Positions 39,253 to 47,457 of a stretch of 64,000 bases of DNA are shown in pieces. Below the pieces are notes generated by a model, which did no database searches, was not told the origin of the DNA, and was given only the letters and a program-made list of their open reading frames with translations. Made by a program: the position numbers and the translations under genes. Source of the DNA: a virus (taxonomy: Duplodnaviria; Caudoviricetes); the IMG/VR virus record IMGVR_UViG_3300005670_000019. One strand, given 5' to 3'. How positions within the stretch are numbered: the stretch's first letter is position 1; the number at the start of each line of letters is the position of its first letter.

Positions 39253-40121
39253 AACCAAACCTCTTGTTGTCCTGCTGTGTCACGATAGTCCATTGAGTCG
39301 ACGTTTGAATAATCGTAATCCTTCAATCGAAAGTTTGTCCAGCCGCCGCAATAAGGACGTTCAAGAGAAACAGTTCCAGCAATTGCGTTGATGCCTGTTC
39401 CTACATCCAGAAACACAACGTTTCTTGGTGCATTTTTTCGAAGCCATCCCAACAAACCATTTTTAGTGTGTCCGATTCCAACAAGGAAAATTTTCGATGA
39501 GCACTTTTCTAACTGTTCCAGCACCATTTTTCGTGTTTGATAAATGTTGTCGCAAGCAAACTTTTCCGGGATACTAACGTAGTCTTCGAAGCGTTCAATT
39601 CCAAGATAGTTCTGATACTCTTCATGCTTCATCAGCTCTTGAATAAGTTTCATTTTTTCAGAACCGCCTAACAAACCGATCTTTCCACGAAACTGCTGAA
39701 AAACCCATCTCGATGTTACAGCAGCATAAGTAAACTCGGCAGCAAAATCAATTGGAGTTTCTGGAATTGCTTCAAAGAACTTCATTCTGTTTTCTGGATA
39801 GAGTTCAACAAGATAGTAATCGTTCAATCTAGCATCCTTCCGAATTTCATCCATTGGAAGTTCTGAATATGGTCTGGACAACGCTCGTTTACCAGGCGTA
39901 GCGGAACCATGTGAAATTTCTTTCAAGAAATAGTAATCACCATCTCCAAACTTGTAGTAAGTTGTTGTGTATTCGTGATCTTCAGCAGCCCGAACATCAG
40001 CAATTAGATTTGATTTGAAATCTTCCCAGTTTTCTTGGAAATCTGGATCGCTTGCAGGATTGTTAAAACATGGATGCGTATCTCTTTGTTCTGTTCCTTC
40101 TATCTTATATTGATCAAGCAT
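39249..40121 (-). CDS. GT-D fold (DUF1792-like) glycosyltransferase
   Basis: YYKFGDGD, IFLVGIG and FLDVGTG resemble the RFGDGE / LxxLG / IDxG motifs of the GT-D fold. Confidence 0.6.
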   Translation of the reverse strand: MLDQYKIEGTEQRDTHPCFNNPASDPDFQENWEDFKSNLIADVRAAEDHEYTTTYYKFGDGDYYFLKEISHGSATPGKRALSRPYSELPMDEIRKDARLNDYYLVELYPENRMKFFEAIPETPIDFAAEFTYAAVTSRWVFQQFRGKIGLLGGSEKMKLIQELMKHEEYQNYLGIERFEDYVSIPEKFACDNIYQTRKMVLEQLEKCSSKIFLVGIGHTKNGLLGWLRKNAPRNVVFLDVGTGINAIAGTVSLERPYCGGWTNFRLKDYDYSNVDSMDYRDTAGQQEVWL

Positions 40122-40743
40122 TCTTCACTCTCCAGATGCTAAGACTTTTACGCCACCAAGGATAGAATGCAGGGTTTTGATGACTACTTTCAAGTAGCTT
40201 GGCAGTTTGATTTTCAAGCAAATAAAACCCATTTTGCTCCATCATTTCACGGAACTGTTCAAACTTCATCGGGTTCAAATGTTGATGATTTGGATCATTT
40301 GCACGATCATGTTCACCGCCGGAATCCGACCAACTCATAATGAGATACTTTCCTGTAAGCTTCTTGAGATTTTCCAAAAAGGCAGAAGTATATGCAGGGT
40401 CAATGTGTTCACCAACTTCAGTGCAAAGCACTATATCGAACTTGTCGTTTTCAGAAATCGGGTCGCGCATGTCATGGATAACGATCTCCTCGGTAATGGT
40501 AGATGGTGAAGCATCCTTATGGTATTGAAAATACTCATATCCTCGAACTTTACAATAAGGAAAACTTCTCTTGACCTCATTTATCAAATGTCCGGTTGCA
40601 CATCCGACATCACAAAACGATTTGACTTTTTGAAAGTCAAAAACACCTGAGAGGGTTTTGTAAAAGGCAATGTATGGGGAAGGGTCTTTTCTAACTTCTT
40701 CGTCTTTTTGATATCTGTTTGTAATGTCAACTTTTTCAGTCAT
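40114..40743 (-). CDS. Class I SAM-dependent methyltransferase
   Basis: SFCDVGCATG, FDIVLCTEVGEHI, HLNP. Confidence 0.85.
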   Translation of the reverse strand: MTEKVDITNRYQKDEEVRKDPSPYIAFYKTLSGVFDFQKVKSFCDVGCATGHLINEVKRSFPYCKVRGYEYFQYHKDASPSTITEEIVIHDMRDPISENDKFDIVLCTEVGEHIDPAYTSAFLENLKKLTGKYLIMSWSDSGGEHDRANDPNHQHLNPMKFEQFREMMEQNGFYLLENQTAKLLESSHQNPAFYPWWRKSLSIWRVKNA

Positions 40744-41768
40744 TTGAAACACTCCAAGTATCTTCCGGCTGCTTGAATTAGTGTATGGTGTTCAAGAATA
40801 TATTGTCGAGGGTTGAACATTGACAACTTCAAGAAAAAATCTTCAACATCTTTTTTTGATAAACTATTTCCAACAATTTTTCCACATCTTTCATCAAAAA
40901 AAGGAACAGATGTTGCTGGAGCATTATTTCCATTATATTCCCAAACCGTTTTATCAAGAACAAAAATCGGAACATTCATACTGAGAATTTGCATAACAGC
41001 TATTCCTTGCGATTCTGTATTGTCCAACAGTACACAAAATTGAGAGTTTTCACAAATTTCGTGCAGTTTTTCTGGTTTGTAATTCCCATATTCAATTACT
41101 TCCACATTCATTCCTTGATTTTTGAAAACTTGTTTTACCAAACTGAGCTCTTCTCTTGTTCTACCTTTGAAATAAATAAAACAGTTCTGTTGAGATTTTG
41201 AGTTTCCAGAAGGTTTCCACATATCTGTATCAATTCCTGCGCTCCAAATTTTTAGCTCGGGAGATACAAATGTCGCGTCAATTTTTTTAATTTTTTCAAA
41301 ATCTTTAACATATTTGTCATATACCCATTTTGATGGAACAAGAAATGTTTTCAAACCTGAAATAATTTGGGGCATCTCTGATGGCAAAACACAGATATTA
41401 GGTCCTGCCACAATGTTATTTGTTTTTCTATCAATTAGACTATTTGTTAATTGCAGAATTCCTAAATTAGGTGAGGTTGAAGTTACTTCAACGTTTAATT
41501 TCTGGAGTCCTTTCAATAAGGATTGAACGACTTGTCCCGGACCATTTACAGAGGAATTTGAATAGGATAAATTTACGTCTTTTTTCTTTGCACGAACATA
41601 AACAGCTTTGGCAAAATCAAAACTTTCAAACTCTAGTGAAGTTCTATAAAATCCATTCTTCCCAAAGAAATCATCTGCTTCTGATATTGATCTAACATTT
41701 TGAGAACCATTCAAACTAACAACAGTTTTGATTTGTTCACTTAAATTATCAAGTATTGTTTCTGTCAT
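40740..41768 (-). CDS. Glycosyltransferase, GT-B-like
   Basis: GPGQVV, GPN, PSKWV, GIDT, ESQGIA..LSMNVP. Confidence 0.7.
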   Translation of the reverse strand: MTETILDNLSEQIKTVVSLNGSQNVRSISEADDFFGKNGFYRTSLEFESFDFAKAVYVRAKKKDVNLSYSNSSVNGPGQVVQSLLKGLQKLNVEVTSTSPNLGILQLTNSLIDRKTNNIVAGPNICVLPSEMPQIISGLKTFLVPSKWVYDKYVKDFEKIKKIDATFVSPELKIWSAGIDTDMWKPSGNSKSQQNCFIYFKGRTREELSLVKQVFKNQGMNVEVIEYGNYKPEKLHEICENSQFCVLLDNTESQGIAVMQILSMNVPIFVLDKTVWEYNGNNAPATSVPFFDERCGKIVGNSLSKKDVEDFFLKLSMFNPRQYILEHHTLIQAAGRYLECFK

Positions 41769-42595
41769 ATTGATTTCATTTCGTATTTCATTTCAAAATG
41801 GACACTGGGAGTTTCAAGACCATTGAACGGCTCGTAATCAATCTCAATTCCTTGGAGATACAGGTCGTTCAACTTTGAAAGCTGAGCTTCTTCAAGATTA
41901 GCATGACGGTTATTGAAAGTATCCTGAGTTCTGTTAGCAGGTACATTCACTAATTTTGCTTGATTGTATGCCAAAAGGAATGGATGCGGGATCGGATTCT
42001 GACTAAGAGCTGCTTCAAAAGAATTTGGATTCCAATAGTTCAATCTCTGAACTAATGGGAGGATTTCTTGTGTTCGAAACACGGTTCCATCTACAGACAT
42101 TGGATAACCAAAATCCCCATCTTTCCCATGCCAAGCATAACAAAAAAATCCTTCATTATGACTTTCAGGAACTTTCATTACTTGATCAATTGCATAACAA
42201 TAAGTTTTTTGTGGGTCCAATCGTAAACTCAATCCGAGAATATCTTCGTCTTTTCGAAAGAAAAGAAATTCAGGATCATTCATAGAGAATTCATGTGTGA
42301 AAACAATGTCGTCAACCAAAAACATTGTAAATTCTCTGGTCGACTGAATTGCAGATATTGTGGCTTCCTTGAAGGAAGTCTGCTCTTCGTTTATCCATGA
42401 AACATATCCTGTTGCCTTATCTTTACGTCCCCATTTCTTTATGAGTTTTTTATAACCATCTACGAAGCTTTGATTACTTGCACGAAAAATTACAGTAACG
42501 TTTTGATAGTAAGGCTTGGCAAAATTCTTCTCTATTGATCTGAGAAGGAGGTCAAGTTGTGCTGCACGGTCTTTTGAAAAGATTATAACATTCAT
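41765..42595 (-). CDS. Glycosyltransferase, GT-A-like
   Basis: IIFSKDRAAQLDLLLRS, FLVDD, YPMSVDG. Confidence 0.7.
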   Translation of the reverse strand: MNVIIFSKDRAAQLDLLLRSIEKNFAKPYYQNVTVIFRASNQSFVDGYKKLIKKWGRKDKATGYVSWINEEQTSFKEATISAIQSTREFTMFLVDDIVFTHEFSMNDPEFLFFRKDEDILGLSLRLDPQKTYCYAIDQVMKVPESHNEGFFCYAWHGKDGDFGYPMSVDGTVFRTQEILPLVQRLNYWNPNSFEAALSQNPIPHPFLLAYNQAKLVNVPANRTQDTFNNRHANLEEAQLSKLNDLYLQGIEIDYEPFNGLETPSVHFEMKYEMKSI

Positions 42596-42816
42596 TTGTT
42601 ACAATCTCCTTCATCATCAATTTCTTCACACATCATTTTGTACCAATCCCAAAGAGGTTTTCTTCTTTCCGCCATTCTGATGTATCTCTGTCTTTCTTTT
42701 TCACTTGGAGCTATTTGAGCTCTTTGATAAAGAATTGCGGGTGTAGCAAATTTATTTTCTTTGTACAGAGTTTCTCTCAAAGAATTTAGGAAATCTTTTT
42801 TTCCAATTGCCATCAT
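42592..42816 (-). CDS. Hypothetical protein (74 aa)
   Basis: ATGA-coupled on both sides. Confidence 0.6.
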   Translation of the reverse strand: MMAIGKKDFLNSLRETLYKENKFATPAILYQRAQIAPSEKERQRYIRMAERRKPLWDWYKMMCEEIDDEGDCNK

Positions 42817-43562
42817 TTACCTTCCAACCAAGCATTGTTAGTGCTCGTATTTCTTCTATAGCAATAAAGCTTCTCTCGAAGAACTGAGGTTTTTTGAAGA
42901 AGTAACGTCAACTTTGTATTGTGATCACTATCTTCTGCCTTCTGACATCGGAGTCCAAGATTGCCTGGTAAGAACTTCATTCCATGGGTCCAGAGGGATT
43001 TGTAGAATACTGTGGAGGCTCCGTGAACTTCAAACTCTCCAGTGTAGTAGTGATTTACTCCAGGGGTATTGAAGCCCAAATGGACCGCGCGGACGACCGT
43101 TTGATGATCATCGATTGGAGCCATTGAAATGGGGTATTCAACTTTGTTGTTCTTGAACTTTGAAAGTGTTTCCTGATCAAAACAATGAACAAATCCACAA
43201 AGATTGTGGAATGAACCCATCTTGATCATTGTCGCAACTTGACGCTCAATACGTTGAGGCATTGAAGCATCGTCAGCATCTTGAAGTGCAATTAATTCGC
43301 CTGTGGCTTGTTCAATGCCAACATTCAAAGCAAACCATTTCCCACTGTTTTTTTCCAATGAAATGAGTTTGACAGGAAATGGTTTTTGATCATAATCTTC
43401 TTTCAACTTCTTCATCTTTTCAAGAGAGTCATCAGTTGAACCATCATCAACCATGATTATTTCAAGATTGTCATAAGTTTGATTGACAACAGAAAGAAAT
43501 GCTTCCTCAAGATATTGAGAATGATTATAGTTTGTAAAGATAACTGATACTTTTTTACTCAC
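42813..43562 (-). CDS. Glycosyltransferase family 2
   Basis: VSVIFTNYN, VDDGSTD, ALNVGI, QDADD, ED. Confidence 0.92.
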   Translation of the reverse strand: MSKKVSVIFTNYNHSQYLEEAFLSVVNQTYDNLEIIMVDDGSTDDSLEKMKKLKEDYDQKPFPVKLISLEKNSGKWFALNVGIEQATGELIALQDADDASMPQRIERQVATMIKMGSFHNLCGFVHCFDQETLSKFKNNKVEYPISMAPIDDHQTVVRAVHLGFNTPGVNHYYTGEFEVHGASTVFYKSLWTHGMKFLPGNLGLRCQKAEDSDHNTKLTLLLQKTSVLREKLYCYRRNTSTNNAWLEGK

Positions 43563-44598
43563 TGTACCTTACTCCAAATTCTACATTACCACAAAATCCT
43601 TTGAAGGTTCTCTTGTTGCAATAAGAGAAAGAACTTTGCAATCCTCCCTCAACATTTTTTACAAAATCCGCAACAGTTTTTGAACACTCAACGGTTGTTT
43701 CTTTTCCTTCTGGAGTACATGAGACTTTGCCTTTGAAATCGATCATGGCAGCAGCCGAAGCCATTCCACGATAAACAGGAGCGTGTCCTGTGGCAAATGC
43801 TTCTCGTCCTGCAACAGAATCCGAACACTCAGCAAAAAGCTTTCCAACCATTACCAAATCAGCTCCAGCTCCGATTGCTTTCGCAATATCTCCGATTTCA
43901 CGGACACCACCATCGGCAATAATAACTCTATTGAATCCATCAATTGAATCAAAGTCACGAATAGTTTTTACACATTCAACAACTGCCGTAAACTGTGGAA
44001 CTGTTACACCAGTTACATTCTTCGTTGTACAAACTGCCCCAGGACCAACACCTATTTTGTATCCATCAACAAACTTGGAAAAATCGGAATCAAGAAAATA
44101 ATGAACGGTTCTTGGATTTGCGAAGTTGCCAACAACAACTTTGAAATCTTTTCCTTGTCCACTAACTTTTGAGAAGTCTTGTAGACGTTTCAACATCAAC
44201 ATTACATTCTGTGAGGCTCCATGGGCAATATCAATAATAAACCATCTTGCCCCAACCTCATACAATTTCTTGAAGCGTTCCATTTCTTCAAGATTTGTTC
44301 CAATTGAACAAAAACATTCTTTGGTTTTATGGTGTTGTTTGAACAACAAATATTCTTTAATGTTGTCTTCAACTGACATGAATCGATGAAGTGCAGCAAG
44401 AGCGCCTGCATGTGTTGTGTAAACGGCAAAAGCTCCGTCTGTAACGGTATCCATATTTGCAGACACAATAGGAACCCTGACCTTTTTTCCCCACAGTTTT
44501 TGGGAAATGTCAACGTCCTTTCTTGACAAAACCTCAGAGAACTGAGGTTTGATAAACACGTTGTGATAATGATATGAGGGAGTTGAGTCAATTTTCAT
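43555..44598 (-). CDS. guaC: GMP reductase (IMPDH/GMPR family, no CBS domains)
   Basis: SANMDTV, IDIAHG, GVGPGAVCTT, IIADGG, YRGMAS, PEGK. Lacks the IMPDH flap Arg-Tyr dyad. Confidence 0.75.
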   Translation of the reverse strand: MKIDSTPSYHYHNVFIKPQFSEVLSRKDVDISQKLWGKKVRVPIVSANMDTVTDGAFAVYTTHAGALAALHRFMSVEDNIKEYLLFKQHHKTKECFCSIGTNLEEMERFKKLYEVGARWFIIDIAHGASQNVMLMLKRLQDFSKVSGQGKDFKVVVGNFANPRTVHYFLDSDFSKFVDGYKIGVGPGAVCTTKNVTGVTVPQFTAVVECVKTIRDFDSIDGFNRVIIADGGVREIGDIAKAIGAGADLVMVGKLFAECSDSVAGREAFATGHAPVYRGMASAAAMIDFKGKVSCTPEGKETTVECSKTVADFVKNVEGGLQSSFSYCNKRTFKGFCGNVEFGVRYSE

Positions 44599-45632
44599 TG
44601 TTTCTTCTTTTCGTCAACTAGTTTGATCCAATCAAGAATGAACTTCGGGTGTGAAATGTTTTGTTTCTTGAATTTTTCAAAAGAAAGTGATGGTCTGTTT
44701 GACCCATTCCATTTGTCGTGAAAAATCCAACCGCCTGTTTCCTTCTCTAGTCGAAGACCTAACTCAACTATCTCACTGTCTTGCATATCATTCAATGACT
44801 TGTCAGCAAATGGATTCCAGTTCGGATCTCTATTTTCGTTATAAAGTGACTTCCATGAATTGTTCCAAAAATATTTGTATTTCAAAATTTTCTCAGGAAT
44901 AGAATACCAAGAATAATGAAATACGCCTGGAGTATTTTTCATCATTGAAACATAATCATGAACAAGAATTTCTTCATTTGCTTGAAATGGATTTTGTAAA
45001 AAGTTTTGCCTATGAAGTTCAACTTGTTGTGGATATGTTGACATCATTGAAACTGGATTCATTGAAGTATCGATATAATCACATCCGTCTGTTCCGTGCT
45101 TTGCGTACAGAAGTCCGTCTTCAATTTTGATAAGAGCTTTCGGAATACCATGAGTAATGTTCTTGTCGTTTATTGACATTCGCGGCTTCCAAGGATTTAT
45201 GTCAGCACGGATCTTATCTGGACCCCAAAACTCGATCACAGGCAAAATCAAAAGTTTTGGGGAAGTTGGGTTTGCCTGAACTGACGTCAAAAACTGCTGT
45301 GCAATTTCACGAATGATTGGTCCATGGTCTTCATGAACAATCTCATCAGCGTCCATTTGCCAAAGAACATCACCAGTACAATAGCTGCGCGCCATTGCCT
45401 TTGTCTGTCCATCATAAATTCCATGATTTGGTGCGTCCCAAGGAATTTCCACATCCACAATAATCAACTTTGGATCATCAATAGAATTGAGAGCATCAAT
45501 AGTGTCTTGACAATCTGAACTGTCAAGAACCACAACTTCATCACAGAAAGAGAGCATTGATTTGATGCTCTCTAAAAATGGATAACCCATTGATTTTGCA
45601 TTACGTATTGTTGTATAACCAGATAATTTCAT
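44595..45632 (-). CDS. Glycosyltransferase family 2-like
   Basis: LSGYTTIRN..YPFLESIKS..CDEVVVLD, QMDADE, FHYSW. Confidence 0.8.
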   Translation of the reverse strand: MKLSGYTTIRNAKSMGYPFLESIKSMLSFCDEVVVLDSSDCQDTIDALNSIDDPKLIIVDVEIPWDAPNHGIYDGQTKAMARSYCTGDVLWQMDADEIVHEDHGPIIREIAQQFLTSVQANPTSPKLLILPVIEFWGPDKIRADINPWKPRMSINDKNITHGIPKALIKIEDGLLYAKHGTDGCDYIDTSMNPVSMMSTYPQQVELHRQNFLQNPFQANEEILVHDYVSMMKNTPGVFHYSWYSIPEKILKYKYFWNNSWKSLYNENRDPNWNPFADKSLNDMQDSEIVELGLRLEKETGGWIFHDKWNGSNRPSLSFEKFKKQNISHPKFILDWIKLVDEKKKQ

Positions 45633-45638
45633 ATGACC

Positions 45639-46526
45639 TCAAGTGCAGTCTGATGTTCGTTTGAACTGACAATATTTGCAAGAGTTTCTATTTTTCAGAT
45701 AGAGTTTCTTGTTGAGAATGCTCAAATGCTTTTTGAGACTTTCAAGAGCTTTCGTTATTGAACCATCTCCAAGAGAAACAGGAACGATTTCAAAAGGCTC
45801 GGCGTCGGGCTTGACAATTCGCTTTACAAGTACGAACGAACATTTGATATCACTATATGGAACATTGTACTTTTGAGAAAGATAATGCTTATAGAATGCA
45901 AGTTGCTTCAACTTGGCAAAATCTTGTTTCTTTTCCCTTGTCCAACCCCATGAAGTAGTTTTCCAGTCGATAACCAAATAGTAATGACCTTCGGCAGGCT
46001 TCTTACTTCCTTTTCGTGGCTTCTTTGGAAGCTTCAATACACAGTCAATATAACCCTTGAAGAACCTATTCTTCAACTCAGGAACTTCTTCAAAAAGAGG
46101 AATTTCAACTCCAACCACTTCTGCATCTGGATAGTTCTTTTTGAACCATTCTGGAAATGCTGTAAGGGCACGGACAGCAGCCTGGAAGTAATCTTCCACT
46201 TCTTCGTCTTTGTACTCAAGTTCTGTCTCTTTTAGAGCTTCAAGGAACTTTTGTTTTTCCTCAACTTTCTGTTCCTCTGTTTGCATTGGTTCAACAGAGT
46301 TTAGAAGGTAGTTCTCTATGTTTGAGTGAATCATTTTTCCATACGCTGTGTGAATATTACCCTTGTCATTTCCAAGTTTCTTCACATAAACAAGCATATG
46401 CTTCCACGAACATTCTTCATGGACAGTAAGCTCTGAGAACGATGTGTGGGCTTTTTCGGTTGGCAATAGATCAGTTTCATCAATAACCGGCAGATGAACC
46501 TTTTGATCTTTTTCTTGGTTTTCCAT
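45639..46526 (-). CDS. PD-(D/E)XK nuclease, Cas4/AddB-like with probable 4Fe-4S cluster
   Basis: SFSEL...C, YGKMIH, E..KGYID..IDWKT, QLAFY, C-terminal CKYC.....C. Confidence 0.85.
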   Translation of the reverse strand: MENQEKDQKVHLPVIDETDLLPTEKAHTSFSELTVHEECSWKHMLVYVKKLGNDKGNIHTAYGKMIHSNIENYLLNSVEPMQTEEQKVEEKQKFLEALKETELEYKDEEVEDYFQAAVRALTAFPEWFKKNYPDAEVVGVEIPLFEEVPELKNRFFKGYIDCVLKLPKKPRKGSKKPAEGHYYLVIDWKTTSWGWTREKKQDFAKLKQLAFYKHYLSQKYNVPYSDIKCSFVLVKRIVKPDAEPFEIVPVSLGDGSITKALESLKKHLSILNKKLYLKNRNSCKYCQFKRTSDCT

Positions 46527-46534
46527 ATTTCTCT

Positions 46535-46563
46535 ATTCTATCAGATCACAGCAAGGAGTTCAA
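46535..46563 (-). promoter_or_regulatory. Sigma70-type promoter (TTGAAC-17-TAGAAT, extended TG)
   Basis: -35 at 46563-46558, -10 at 46540-46535. Only 8 nt separate the -10 from ATG 46526, so near-leaderless. Confidence 0.6.
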
Positions 46564-47457
46564 TTTGTTCCAAAAAGATAAGGGACGTTCTTTCAAACTA
46601 GCAAGAAGTTCCTCGCCAGATAACTTCGTCCATTCTTCTCCGACATGAAGAACATTTTCATTCAATATAAGATCCAATCCCATCAACTGTGCTTCAATTA
46701 CAATCCTTGGACAAGTATCAAATCCGAGAGGAAGAAAAATCAAACCTTTTCTTTTTGAAAGTTCTTCAATGAATTGATGATACGGTAAGTCACCAAGCAA
46801 GTCATATTTCAATTTAGAACTCTTTGCATACTCAATGGTTTGTTCAGTTCCTTTTATCCAAGAAGCTCCAGTAAGAATTGCCCAATGGTCACTCCTTTCA
46901 GACGTAGAAAGTTGTTTTAGTTTATCTAAATGTTCTGGTTCCCACGTGGAACTTTGTACACTTGAGTTCTTTCCTAGTTCTGGAAATCGTTCAAGATACC
47001 ATTTCCTTTGATTTTCAGACATATAGAACACATGTCTAGCAGATAAGAAAAAGTTCTTCATCCACTGTCCGATAGGACGCATATGACAATCACAACTTTG
47101 ACCTGTTTGAATTTGATGAAGTTGCGGAGAACGGAAAGCGCAATACTTGAAATCATATTCGATTACAAAGTATTTCGTCCCCTGTCGAACCAACTCCTCC
47201 AAGGCTTGAGGATGCATGGAAGAAAAATTGCCAATTATCCATGTTTTATTCTTGTTGTCTCTTACAAACTCTTTTTGTTCCTCAACTGTTTTTTTGGTCG
47301 ATGGTTTGAATTTATAAACAGAAAAAGGCGATGCCTTTAGAATTGCCTCTGTGGTCAATTCGGCACCGCCTCTAAAATCTTCAACAAAAAAGTCAGCTAC
47401 ACAAACTACTTGCTCTTTGACTTCTTGGTTTTTTATTGCGAAATGGTCAGAAAACAT
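46546..47457 (-). CDS. Glycosyltransferase, GT-B-like
   Basis: VADFF..GGAELT, WIKG, DTCPRIVIEAQLMG. Confidence 0.7.
   Translation of the reverse strand: MFSDHFAIKNQEVKEQVVCVADFFVEDFRGGAELTTEAILKASPFSVYKFKPSTKKTVEEQKEFVRDNKNKTWIIGNFSSMHPQALEELVRQGTKYFVIEYDFKYCAFRSPQLHQIQTGQSCDCHMRPIGQWMKNFFLSARHVFYMSENQRKWYLERFPELGKNSSVQSSTWEPEHLDKLKQLSTSERSDHWAILTGASWIKGTEQTIEYAKSSKLKYDLLGDLPYHQFIEELSKRKGLIFLPLGFDTCPRIVIEAQLMGLDLILNENVLHVGEEWTKLSGEELLASLKERPLSFWNKLNSLL

Noticed and set aside
45639-46526. CRISPR-Cas system suggested by the Cas4-like gene
   Set aside because: No repeat-spacer array and no cas1/cas2 or effector genes in the window. Solo Cas4-like nucleases are common in phages.
29634-47457. 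Bacterial O-antigen/capsule locus, i.e. window is a cellular chromosome
   Set aside because: No flippase, polymerase or priming transferase. Flanked by baseplate genes and a phage sigma; no housekeeping gene context.
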